Origin: Candidatus Eiseniibacteriota bacterium | Lineage (GTDB): Bacteria; Eisenbacteria; RBG-16-71-46 | Assembly: GCA_031366795.1 (NCBI GenBank) | Contig: JANLOX010000024.1 | Location: forward strand, 1 to 30,192 | Length of the DNA stretch: 30,192 nucleotides | Direction: 5' to 3' | Shown: one piece after another, positions 1-8,868 of the stretch | Layout: each line of letters starts with the position of its first letter | Numbering within the stretch: position 1 is the first letter of the stretch | The notes under the pieces: generated by a model | Databases searched by the model: none | What the model was told of the DNA's origin: nothing | Seen by the model: the letters and a program-made list of their open reading frames with translations, nothing else | Position numbers and translations under genes: made by a program

Positions 1-263
1 CGGCTGGCGTTGCGGCGCATGCGCGGCACGCGATGCGCGCGCGTCCAGTCGAGCACTTCGCGCTCGATGTCCACGCCCCACGCCTCGTTCTCGGGGCGCC
101 GGCGTACCCACGCGCAGGCCAGGGCCGCGGTGCCGCAGAAGTCCTCGCGCAACCGCGTGAAGCGCTTGCCGCGGTGGCGGCGGTAGATCCGCTGGAACAG
201 GTCGAGATCGTATTCGACGCCCTGAACGGCGGCTTCGTAGAGGACGTGACGGTCGTGCTTCAT
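1..263 (-). CDS. Class I SAM-dependent methyltransferase (partial, runs off left edge)
   Basis: Not in ORF track. Manual translation from ATG at 263: MKHDRHVLYEAAVQGVEYDLDLFQRIYRRHRGKRFTRLREDFCGTAALACAWVRRRPENEAWGVDIE...; LREDFCGT motif-I variant followed by acidic GVD motif II; AGGGG RBS-like sequence upstream. Confidence 0.85.
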   Translation of the reverse strand, partial: MKHDRHVLYEAAVQGVEYDLDLFQRIYRRHRGKRFTRLREDFCGTAALACAWVRRRPENEAWGVDIEREVLDWTRAHRVPRMRRNAS

Positions 264-398
264 GCGGAAGTTCCCCTGGAGTGAAGTGGTGGTCGCGAGG
301 CGGCGGCAGTCTAGCGCGGGCGATTCATGCAGCGCGAACCGTGAGTGCGGGCCATGAGTGCAGGCCAGTGGTCGCAGGTGAGCGAGAGCTCGGGAAGC

Positions 399-1625
399 TC
401 AGCGTCCGGGCGGTGGGCCGGTGTAGCCGGTGAGTTCGACGTAACCGCGGCCGCTTACGCCCGCGCGCATCTCTGCTCCGCTCACGCGCGCCTCCGCTCC
501 GCTCACGCGCACGGATCCCTCCCAGTACGTCACGCCGCCGGTCGAGCGCGTGACGAGTTCCTGGTCCGCGACCGTGGGCTCGATCACCAGATCGATGCCG
601 TGACGCGGTACGCGCACGCGCCAGCCCTGCGGGTAGGTGGCACCAGAACGCGGGCTCTTCCACTGGCGCAGCGCCGCGATCTCGAATTCGTCGCGGGTGA
701 GATGCGTGGTGGTGCCGTCGGCGGCGACAAGCGTTCCGCTCGATTGCGGCTCGATACCGCCACCCGCGAGGCGCAGCGAATAAAGCATGAGGTCCCGGCC
801 GTCGGCGAGCCGCAACGCGAACCAGTCCCACCCCTGCTGGTTGGGTGCCAGCACGCTGCTGCTGAACTCGTGATCCATCCACGCTTCGCCGCTCACGGGC
901 AGCGTGTCGCCATCCACGGTGATGGCGCCACGCGCGGCGAGTCGTGTGATGGAAGCGTAGTGCGAGGCCTCGCCTGCGCCGGAACCCTTGCGACTGACAC
1001 CGTTCTTGCCGTGGAGCACAGGCGCCTTTCGCGGCACGAGATCGAGCCGTAGTCCGAAATCCTTCGCCGCGGCGCGCAGCAAGTGCGTGCGACCATCGGC
1101 GCCGAGCCCCACCGACCAATCGCCGGCCCACACGCGATAGCGCGCGGTGTCGGCGCCCGCGAGTCCCAGGGCGGGCCGTTCGATGAGTTCGTCGTAGTGG
1201 AAGGTGCGGTGCGTCTCGTCGGTGAGTGCGGCATGCGCCAGGATCAGCGTGTGCGGCGCCCATGCGGAGCGGCTGGATTCACGCGCGCGGTCGATGCCGA
1301 CGCGGAAGAACGTCAGCTCGAAACCGAACGCGCGCTTCCCCGACGATAACTCGCCCGTGTAGTACCACCACTCCGTGCGGAACTCGGGGTGCGAGGCATG
1401 GTCGCGCGGAAAGTTGAAGGCGTAGGGCTCACTGGCGTCGCGGTAACGGGCGGGCGGCGGCGTTGGGGACGGCGCGGTGGCTGCGCGCGGTGCGGACCTC
1501 GTAGTCAGCGGCCGCCTTGGAGTCGGCGCGGCCCCCGCAAATCGCGGCGGAGCTCCAGCGATCAAAGCGCTCACGGCGAGCGCCACGAGCGCAATCGCCA
1601 CCCGCACGCGCCATCTCCCGCTCAT
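399..1625 (-). CDS. Secreted lipocalin-like/AttH (carotenoid 1,2-hydratase CrtC-like) domain protein
   Basis: Motifs FPRDHASHPEFRTEWWYYTG, AWMDHEFSS, QGWDWF, WKSPRSGATYP, YWEG, GRGYVELTGY. Start moved from 1826 to ATG at 1625 (MSGRWRVRVAIALVALAVSALIAG, signal-like), which overlaps the permease stop (ATGA). Confidence 0.85.
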   Translation of the reverse strand: MSGRWRVRVAIALVALAVSALIAGAPPRFAGAAPTPRRPLTTRSAPRAATAPSPTPPPARYRDASEPYAFNFPRDHASHPEFRTEWWYYTGELSSGKRAFGFELTFFRVGIDRARESSRSAWAPHTLILAHAALTDETHRTFHYDELIERPALGLAGADTARYRVWAGDWSVGLGADGRTHLLRAAAKDFGLRLDLVPRKAPVLHGKNGVSRKGSGAGEASHYASITRLAARGAITVDGDTLPVSGEAWMDHEFSSSVLAPNQQGWDWFALRLADGRDLMLYSLRLAGGGIEPQSSGTLVAADGTTTHLTRDEFEIAALRQWKSPRSGATYPQGWRVRVPRHGIDLVIEPTVADQELVTRSTGGVTYWEGSVRVSGAEARVSGAEMRAGVSGRGYVELTGYTGPPPGR

Positions 1626-4225
1626 TCGATCCTCATCGCTTCGGGAGCGACACGCTGCACCGCCAGCCGCGCGGGCACCAGCCCCGCGAGCGCGGCCGTA
1701 ACGACGACCACGACGAACGCCTGCACGAACAGCCACGGGTCCAGCGAGAAGCGAATGGTCCAACCGAAGAACTGGCGGTTGATCACGTAAACGAGGATCA
1801 ACGCGAGGCACACGCCGCACACGCAACCAAGCAGCGAACCGATGGCGCCGATGGCGATGCTCTCGGTCACCACCATCTTCTGTACCTGCGCGCGCCGCGC
1901 GCCGATCGCCCGCAACACCGCCAGCTCACGGCCGCGCTGCATGATCAATGAGCTCAGCGTGCCGATTACGCCGAGCACCGAGACGAGGATCGCGATGCCC
2001 TGGAGCGCCCAGGTGATCTGGAACGTCTGGTCGAACACCTTGAGCGCGCCCTCGCGCAGCGCGCGATTGGGCGTGACGCCGAGCATCAAATCGGGCCCCG
2101 CGAGCGCCAGCAGCTTCGAGCGCACGGCCACCGCATCGGCGCCGGGTGCCAAATACAACGCCATGCTCTCGGTGCGCGAGTCGCGCCACAACCGCGCAAA
2201 CAGCCCGCGATCCATGTACACGACGCCGGCATCGGTGGCGTAGTCGTAGATCACGCCCGCCACGCGCAAGCGCACATCGCCCGCCGGCACGCGTAAGGCG
2301 AGCGTGTCGCCCTGATCCAGCCGGAAATGGTAGGCGAAGCTCTCGGTCACCACGACCTCGCCGCGTGCGAGCGCGCGGCTCAACAGCTCGGGAGCGCTGC
2401 CGTGCGTGAATTGCAGCGCGCCGAATTTTCGCTGCACCGCGAAATCGACACCGATCGCCTGCGCGGGGCGGTCGCCGATCACGATGCGCTCGGCGCGGAA
2501 GGTATCGACGCCACGCACCTCGGGAAGCGCGCGCACCGCGGCGAGCAGCGAGTCGGGCAGCGACGTCGCCCCTGCCGTCTCACGGTGGCCGAACGGTTCC
2601 ACGTAGAGGTCGCCGCGAATGCTCTGGGTGATCCAGGTATCGACGGTGCGGCGGAAGCTGCCGACCATCAGCGTCAGCGAGACCGTCATGCCGACCGCTA
2701 CCGCGACGGCCGCGATGACGACGCTCGCACGCGCGAGGGCGGCGCGCAGGTAGCGCATACCGAGCAACGCTTCGATGCCGCCCAAGCGCCGCACCCACGG
2801 TTCCGCGCCGCGTTCGAGCAACCGCGTGACGATCGGTGCCAGCAGCGCGAAACCCGCAAGCACGAGGAACGCCGCCGCGAAGCCGCCATAGGGCTGGCGC
2901 ACGTGCACCGCCCAGACGACGGTGAGCGCTGCGAGTGCCAGCGCCGCCAGCCCCCACATCGCCCACGCCACGACGGGCATAGGCAGCGCTTCGATGAACA
3001 ACCCCTGCCGCATGGTGACGCCCGGCGGCGTCGACGAGGCTTCCCATGCGGGCAGGAGTGCGGAGGCGAGCGCCACGCCGATCCCGATCGCAAGGCCGGT
3101 CAGGTAGATGCCGAGATCTGGACTGACGGTGGCCGTCTGGCGCACGCCGTAGAGATCGGTGAGCGTGCGCGACACCGCTCCCAGGGCGCCCTGCGCGAAC
3201 AGTGTGCCGAATACCAACCCTAGCCCTGCTCCCACGAGCCCGATAGCGATACCTTCGCCCAAGAACAGCGCGCGGATCTGCCCGCGCGTGACACCGAGTG
3301 AGCGGAGCATGCCGATCTCCCGCCTTAAGCCCAGCACCGAGAGGGCGAGCGCGTTGAAGATCAGCGTGGCCGAGACGAACAGCGCGATGAACGACAGCGC
3401 CGAAATGTTGAGCCGGAAGGCGCGCACCATGTTTTCCACCTGCCGCGTGCGGCTCGCGGGCAACTCGGCCCGCGCACCCGGTGGCAGCGCGCGGGACAGC
3501 TCGGCGCGCACGGCCTCACGACGCGACGGCACGACGATCAAGTCGATCCGGTCGATCACGCCATAGCGCCCAAGCACTTCCTGCGCGGTCGCGATGTCGG
3601 TCACGATCACGTTGCCGCCGGTCGCGTGGTCGAGCGCCTCCGAGTCCATCACCTCGCGCACCACCAGCGCCTCGGGCCGACCGGAGGCGAGCACCGTGAG
3701 CGTGTCGCCGACGCGCAACCCGGTACGCCGCGCCAGCGAGCCGGCGATCGCGACGGCGCGCGGGTCGGTGAGCCATGCGACGCCCGCGAGTCGCGCGCCC
3801 GTGGCAGTCTCGCGCACGCGCGCGAACGGCGCCTCGCGCAGCACGTCGAGGCCCAGCAACATGAGGGTCTCGGGCCAGCGTTGGCGCTGGGTGGCCGCCG
3901 TGTCGCCAAGTGCGGCGCGCGGCGATCCGGCGCGGGCACGCACGTACACCTGCACCGCGGGTGCCGCGGCGATCACACCTGGCTGGCGCGCGACCTGCGC
4001 GAACACGCGCTCATCGAGCGGCCCGCTCTCCCCCGAGACTTGAAGGTTCGCGCTGCCCGCGACGGCGTCGACGGTGTTGGCGAACGAAGCCATCGCCGAC
4101 TGGCTGGCGAGCCGGATGCCGACAAACACCGCGACTCCCAGCGCCACGCCGAGAATGGTCCATGCCGTGCGTAGCGGCTCGCCCAACAGGCGCCGCACGA
4201 TGACCCAGCGCATCAAGCGCATCAT
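1622..4225 (-). CDS. ABC transporter permease, FtsX/MacB-like (duplicated architecture)
   Basis: 867 aa; two repeats of TM + periplasmic domain + FtsX-like segment (RREIGMLRSLGVT; RELAVLRAIGA); ATGA overlaps at both ends. Confidence 0.9.
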   Translation of the reverse strand: MMRLMRWVIVRRLLGEPLRTAWTILGVALGVAVFVGIRLASQSAMASFANTVDAVAGSANLQVSGESGPLDERVFAQVARQPGVIAAAPAVQVYVRARAGSPRAALGDTAATQRQRWPETLMLLGLDVLREAPFARVRETATGARLAGVAWLTDPRAVAIAGSLARRTGLRVGDTLTVLASGRPEALVVREVMDSEALDHATGGNVIVTDIATAQEVLGRYGVIDRIDLIVVPSRREAVRAELSRALPPGARAELPASRTRQVENMVRAFRLNISALSFIALFVSATLIFNALALSVLGLRREIGMLRSLGVTRGQIRALFLGEGIAIGLVGAGLGLVFGTLFAQGALGAVSRTLTDLYGVRQTATVSPDLGIYLTGLAIGIGVALASALLPAWEASSTPPGVTMRQGLFIEALPMPVVAWAMWGLAALALAALTVVWAVHVRQPYGGFAAAFLVLAGFALLAPIVTRLLERGAEPWVRRLGGIEALLGMRYLRAALARASVVIAAVAVAVGMTVSLTLMVGSFRRTVDTWITQSIRGDLYVEPFGHRETAGATSLPDSLLAAVRALPEVRGVDTFRAERIVIGDRPAQAIGVDFAVQRKFGALQFTHGSAPELLSRALARGEVVVTESFAYHFRLDQGDTLALRVPAGDVRLRVAGVIYDYATDAGVVYMDRGLFARLWRDSRTESMALYLAPGADAVAVRSKLLALAGPDLMLGVTPNRALREGALKVFDQTFQITWALQGIAILVSVLGVIGTLSSLIMQRGRELAVLRAIGARRAQVQKMVVTESIAIGAIGSLLGCVCGVCLALILVYVINRQFFGWTIRFSLDPWLFVQAFVVVVVTAALAGLVPARLAVQRVAPEAMRIE

Positions 4226-4956
4226 GCGTTCGTCATCACGTCGGTGACAATTCGGCCGTCGCGCAACTCCACAATGCGGTCCGCGGCACGCGCCGCTTCG
4301 TGGCTGTGCGTTACCATCACCACGGTGGCGCCATGCCGCGCGGCGAGCCGCCGCAACAGCGCCACCACTTGCTCGGCCGCGCGACTGTCGAGATTTCCCG
4401 TGGGCTCATCCGCGAGCACAAGTGCTGGCTCATGCACCAGCGCACGCGCGATGGCGGTGCGCTGCATCTCGCCGCCCGACAACGTGTGCGGGCGGGCGTC
4501 GCGCCGCGAGGTGAGGCCGACCTCCTCGAGTAACGCGTCGGCGCGCGGCAGCACGTCGCGCTCGAGGCCACCTTTGAGCAGGGCGGGCAAGGCGACGTTT
4601 TCGCGCACCGACAGCGTCGAGAGCAGGTTGAAGAATTGGTACACCACGCCTACCGAATCGCGGCGCAAGCGTGTGAGCGCATCATCATCGAGTCGAGAGA
4701 TCTCGCGACCGTCGATCCAAACTTCACCGGCGCTCGGTACGTCGATGCCGGCGGCGAGATTCAGCAGCGTGCTCTTGCCCGAGCCGCTGCGCCCGACCAC
4801 CGCCAGGAATTGCCCGCGCGGCACCTCGAGCGAGACGCCATCGAGCGCACGGACCCCCTGCGCGCCGGTACCGTATTGCTTGACGGCGTCCGCCAGCCGC
4901 AACGCCGCGCGGGTGCCCAAGGACGGTGCAGCGGAAGTTTGCGAAGCCTCGTTCAT
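4222..4956 (-). CDS. ABC transporter ATP-binding protein (LolD/MacB family)
   Basis: Walker A GRSGSGKS, signature LSGGEMQR, Walker B LVLADEPTGNLD, H-loop VMVTH. Confidence 0.95.
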   Translation of the reverse strand: MNEASQTSAAPSLGTRAALRLADAVKQYGTGAQGVRALDGVSLEVPRGQFLAVVGRSGSGKSTLLNLAAGIDVPSAGEVWIDGREISRLDDDALTRLRRDSVGVVYQFFNLLSTLSVRENVALPALLKGGLERDVLPRADALLEEVGLTSRRDARPHTLSGGEMQRTAIARALVHEPALVLADEPTGNLDSRAAEQVVALLRRLAARHGATVVMVTHSHEAARAADRIVELRDGRIVTDVMTNA

Positions 4957-5134
4957 GTGCCTTTCGGGGAGTGCCGGCAGGCCACTCGGGACTGGGGGAC
5001 GGAAGCGACGCGTTCGGCGCGAAGCGCTTGCCTCGGAGGCCGCGACTCCCGCAAACTGCTGCGCATCCTACGCCGCAATATGCAGCAAACCACCTTGGAT
5101 GCACATCGCGCCACTCTAGCCCAAAGGAGTTTTC

Positions 5135-6661
5135 ATGCAGGCGAAATTGCAGGAATTGAAGGCGAGACTCTTGGATGTCTACGACCTGCGCATGGCCGCC
5201 TCCCTGTTGGGCTGGGACCAGGCCACCTACATGCCCCCCGGCGGCAGCGAGGCGCGCGGCCGCCAGACGGCGATCCTGAGCCGCCTCGCGCACGAGCAAT
5301 TCACGGATCCGGCGGTCGGCAAGCTGCTCGACGAGCTTGGGAGCTGGGGCGCCCAACAGCCCCACGACTCCGATACCGCGGCACTGCTGCGCGTGACGCG
5401 CCGCGAATACGACCAGTCGGTGAAGGTGCCGGGCGAGTTCATCGCGGAGTTGAACAATCACTCAGCGACGATTTACCAGGCATGGACGGAAGCGCGCCCG
5501 AAGAACGACTTCAAGGGCATCGCCCCGCTGCTCCAGAAGACGCTCGACCTGAGCCGCCGCTACGCCGACTTCTTCCAGCCCACGGACAGCCCTGCCGATC
5601 CGATGATCGAGATGTCGGACTTCGGCATGAAGGCTTCGACCATTCGCACGGTGTTCGGCGAGCTGCGCAACCGGTTGGTGCCCATCGTCAAGGCCATCAG
5701 CGCGCGGCCGCTGGCGAACGATGCATTTCTCAAGCAGCCCGCCGAGGCAGCGAAGCAGCTGGCGTTCGGGCTCGAAGTGATCCGCGCCTACGGCTACGAC
5801 TTCAATCGCGGCCGCCAGGACCTCACGCACCACCCGTTCATGACGAAGTTCTCGCTCGGCGACGTCCGCATTACCACGCGCGTGCAGCCGAACGACTTTA
5901 CCGACTCGCTGTTCAGCACCCTGCACGAAGCAGGACACGCCATGTACGAGCAGGGCATCCGCATGGAATTCGAGGGCACTCCGCTCGCCACCGGCACTTC
6001 ATCGGGCGTGCACGAGAGCCAGTCGCGCACCTGGGAAAACATCGTCGGCCGCAGCCGCGGCTTCTGGACGCACTTCTACCCGAAGCTGCAGGGACACTTC
6101 GCCGACCAGTTGCGTAACGTGTCGCCGGATGACTTCTACCGCGCCATCAACAAGGTCGAGCCCTCGCTGATCCGCGTCGATGCGGACGAGGTCACCTACA
6201 ACCTGCACGTGATGATCCGCTTCGACCTCGAGCTCGAACTGCTCGAGGGCAAGCTCAAGATCGCCGACCTGCCCGAGGCGTGGCACGCCCGCTACCAGCA
6301 GGACCTCGGGCTCAGGGCGCCAAGCGACACCAACGGCGTGCTGCAGGACGTGCATTGGTACTCGGGCTTCATCGGCGGCCAGTTCCAGGGTTACACGCTC
6401 GGCAACATCATGGGCGCCCAGTTCTACGCCGCCGCGGTGAAGAAGGTGCCCGCTATCCCCGCCGATATCGCGCGCGGCGAGTTCCAGACGCTGCGCGGCT
6501 GGCTGGGCGAAAACATCTACCAGCATGGCTCAAAGTTCACGGCCGCCGAATTGCTGGAGCGCACCACCGGCAAGCCGATGGGCACCGACGACTACATCGA
6601 GTACCTGTGGAACAAGTACCAACCGCTCTACAATCTGGAAGGCGAACCCGCACAAGTATGA
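5135..6661 (+). CDS. Carboxypeptidase, peptidase family M32 (Taq-like)
   Basis: HPF, DVRITTR, HEAGH (HEXXH), HESQSR, IRVDADEVTYNLH, GVLQDVHW motifs; AAGGAG RBS just upstream of ATG. Confidence 0.95.
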   Translation: MQAKLQELKARLLDVYDLRMAASLLGWDQATYMPPGGSEARGRQTAILSRLAHEQFTDPAVGKLLDELGSWGAQQPHDSDTAALLRVTRREYDQSVKVPGEFIAELNNHSATIYQAWTEARPKNDFKGIAPLLQKTLDLSRRYADFFQPTDSPADPMIEMSDFGMKASTIRTVFGELRNRLVPIVKAISARPLANDAFLKQPAEAAKQLAFGLEVIRAYGYDFNRGRQDLTHHPFMTKFSLGDVRITTRVQPNDFTDSLFSTLHEAGHAMYEQGIRMEFEGTPLATGTSSGVHESQSRTWENIVGRSRGFWTHFYPKLQGHFADQLRNVSPDDFYRAINKVEPSLIRVDADEVTYNLHVMIRFDLELELLEGKLKIADLPEAWHARYQQDLGLRAPSDTNGVLQDVHWYSGFIGGQFQGYTLGNIMGAQFYAAAVKKVPAIPADIARGEFQTLRGWLGENIYQHGSKFTAAELLERTTGKPMGTDDYIEYLWNKYQPLYNLEGEPAQV

Positions 6662-6782
6662 GCATCGTCGCCAGCGCTCCGAGTGCAAGGCGGCAAGGAG
6701 CGACGAGTGAGACGTATCGTAGATACGTCGCAGCGAGGAGCGACGCAGCCAACGCAGCAATCGGAGTGCTGGCGACGATGCT
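6661..6782. repeat. ~122-bp imperfect palindrome, ERIC/MITE-like intergenic element
   Basis: 22-bp terminal inverted arms 6661-6682 / 6761-6782 (one G-T mismatch), central hairpin GACGTATC-gta-GATACGTC 6711-6729, internal direct repeat AGGAGCGACG at 6696-6705 and 6736-6745. Confidence 0.8.
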
Positions 6783-8190
6783 ATTGCGCTGAAGAAGTCT
6801 GCGTCAGCTTCTCGAGCTTGGCCTTGAGTGAGGCGATCCGCTTCTCGGAACGCTGTCCCTCCGGCAGTCCCTGCGCGAACGCGATGGCGGCCTCGAGCGT
6901 CTTCTTGGCGGACGCCGCGTCACCCTTGGCGGTGTAGATGTCGATGCGCGTCTGGTAGTACAGCAACTTGCGCGGACCATCCGACATCGGCAGCGCCATG
7001 GCGCGATCGCTCGCCGCCAGCGCGTCGTCGTAACGCTTCAGCTTGAGGTATGCCGTCGCCAGCCGCGCCGGCGGGTTGCAGTCGGTGGGGAACTCCTTCT
7101 CGGAGAGCTGCAGCATCGGCACGGCCTTCTCGGGCGTGCCGAGTGCCAGGTAGGCGCTCAGGCGGTGCGGATCGAACACGGCGCGCTCGACCGGCGTGCG
7201 CGCTTCGCGTGCCGCCCGCTCCAGAAAGTCGGCCCAGTCCTGCGCCGCGTTGTGCGCACCGACCGAGTCCTTCGCGGCCTCGCGGGCATCGATGAACGAG
7301 GATAGGTACGAGGAGCGGTCATCGGAGGTCAACTGGATGGACGCATCGCCCAGCGCCTCGCGCAACTGCGCTTCGAACGCGATGGCGTCCTGGCGCTTGT
7401 TCGGGCTGCCGTCCGGCAGCGCGAGCGCCGAGCTCAGGCCCGAGCCGGCGGCGCTGATATACGTGGTGGTGCCCGCAACCTGCGGCATCACTGCGTGCGC
7501 CAGGTCGATCACCGCCTGGTTCGAATCGACCTGCGACAGCGAGAACAACAAAGACTCGACGCAGCGCGTGTAGCTCGCCCAGCCCGGAGGGGCCGCGGCC
7601 AGCGCCTGGCGGTAGGCTTTCACCGCCTCCAGGTGCTGCTCATTGCTGTAGGCCGCGTCGCCACGCGCCATCGCGATATCGACGGGCTCGTGCGGCTGGC
7701 CGCCGTGCATGGCGACATCGGCGTCGTTGAACACCTGCTGGAGCTGCGCCACCGAAGCGCCACCGACCCAGCGCATGACGACCTTGTCGCTCAGCGGATC
7801 CACGACGAGGTAGGTGGGCAGCGCGGGGATGGGGTTCTTCTTGAGGAACCCCGCGTTCTTCCGGTTCTCGGTATTCAGCGCGAGCCACACGAACCGTTCG
7901 GCGTCCTTCTTCAGCGCCGGGTCGGTGAACACGAACGCGTCCATCGAGCGGCAGGCGTGGCACCACGGCGCGCCGGCGTCGACGAACACCAACTGCTTCT
8001 TCGCCTTGGCATCAGCGATCGCCTTGGCGTAGTCATCGTGGATGAACGGCAGCACACTGGGGCGCGATTCAACGGCGGGCGTTACGGCTGCGGCCGCGGT
8101 CGCCGTCGCCGCGCGTGCGGTCGAGACGACGCCACTGAGCGGCACGAGGGCCAGCGCAGCGGCAACGAGAACTGCACGGTGGGTAGTCAT
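6781..8190 (-). CDS. Secreted thioredoxin-like (CXXC) protein with TPR-like repeats
   Basis: Signal peptide; FVDAGAPWCHAC thioredoxin motif with later LPT cis-Pro-type motif; helical TPR-like C-terminal half (RLATAYLKLKRYDDALAASDRAMAL). Confidence 0.8.
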   Translation of the reverse strand: MTTHRAVLVAAALALVPLSGVVSTARAATATAAAAVTPAVESRPSVLPFIHDDYAKAIADAKAKKQLVFVDAGAPWCHACRSMDAFVFTDPALKKDAERFVWLALNTENRKNAGFLKKNPIPALPTYLVVDPLSDKVVMRWVGGASVAQLQQVFNDADVAMHGGQPHEPVDIAMARGDAAYSNEQHLEAVKAYRQALAAAPPGWASYTRCVESLLFSLSQVDSNQAVIDLAHAVMPQVAGTTTYISAAGSGLSSALALPDGSPNKRQDAIAFEAQLREALGDASIQLTSDDRSSYLSSFIDAREAAKDSVGAHNAAQDWADFLERAAREARTPVERAVFDPHRLSAYLALGTPEKAVPMLQLSEKEFPTDCNPPARLATAYLKLKRYDDALAASDRAMALPMSDGPRKLLYYQTRIDIYTAKGDAASAKKTLEAAIAFAQGLPEGQRSEKRIASLKAKLEKLTQTSSAQ

Positions 8191-8257
8191 GGGGGAAGCG
8201 TATCAGGGGCGCCCCGAGCGGGCCAGCGCGGTCTTACGGGCGCGGCGCTGGGGGTGA

Positions 8258-8716
8258 CTAAAAGCCGGCCTTGCGCCAGGCTTCGAGGCCACCCTCGAGA
8301 CCCGTCACCTGCTTGAACCCGGCTTCCCGCAACACGATGACCGCCGCTCCCCCGCGGTCCCCGACGCGCGAGATCACCACGATCGGGAGGTCCTTCCAGT
8401 CCTCGATCTCCTGCAACCTGCCGCCCAGTTGGGACAATGGGATCGACTTGGAGCCCTTGATATGGCCAAGGTCGTCGTTCCACTCGGAGGTGTCGCGCAC
8501 ATCGAGCACGAGTGCGTCGGCGTGCCCCCCGAGGTAGTCGCGCACTTCATCGGGCTTCATGCGCAGCGGCAGGCCCTCGGCGACGGGCGGCTTGGCGCTC
8601 ACCTGGACACCCTCGCTGGAGGGCGCACGCGACTCGCAACTCGAAAGGGCGAGCGAGGCCATTGCGACTCCAGCGCAGAGCGCGAGCCGGGGGAGATATC
8701 GATAGGGAACTGGCAC
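8258..8716 (-). CDS. Rhodanese-like domain lipoprotein
   Basis: VLDVR..EW...GHIKGS..IP and LEGGLEAW rhodanese motifs; lipobox LSSC; start moved to GTG at 8716 so the signal peptide is N-terminal (start uncertain). Confidence 0.8.
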   Translation of the reverse strand: MPVPYRYLPRLALCAGVAMASLALSSCESRAPSSEGVQVSAKPPVAEGLPLRMKPDEVRDYLGGHADALVLDVRDTSEWNDDLGHIKGSKSIPLSQLGGRLQEIEDWKDLPIVVISRVGDRGGAAVIVLREAGFKQVTGLEGGLEAWRKAGF

Positions 8717-8868
8717 GCTTGAAGTGTACCGCGAGGCACTCAAGGGCGCACGGTCCAGGGCTGGGCCGGGGGCCCGGAAACGAGCCCGGGGCGGGATCCG
8801 GAGAACCATTTTGCGCCAGCGTGACGCAGGCGTGACCTACCGCCAACCCCAATGAAGCCGACGACCCG

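Noticed and set aside
33..284. 83-aa plus-strand ORF
   Set aside because: Antisense shadow of the minus-strand methyltransferase, which has recognisable motifs.
4636..6117. 493-aa ORF and the many other long Arg/Ala/Pro-rich overlapping ORFs in the track (e.g. 11602-12855, 17677-18657)
   Set aside because: Off-frame or antisense shadows of well-supported genes, typical of high-GC DNA; no motifs.
6661..6782. Possible CRISPR or tRNA-like structure
   Set aside because: Only two 10-bp direct repeats, no spacer array, no cas genes and no cloverleaf; better explained as a palindromic element.
8755..8805. GC-rich CCCGGG/CCGG palindromes upstream of the rhodanese gene
   Set aside because: Short, low-complexity and expected by chance; no U-tract or recognisable RNA motif.
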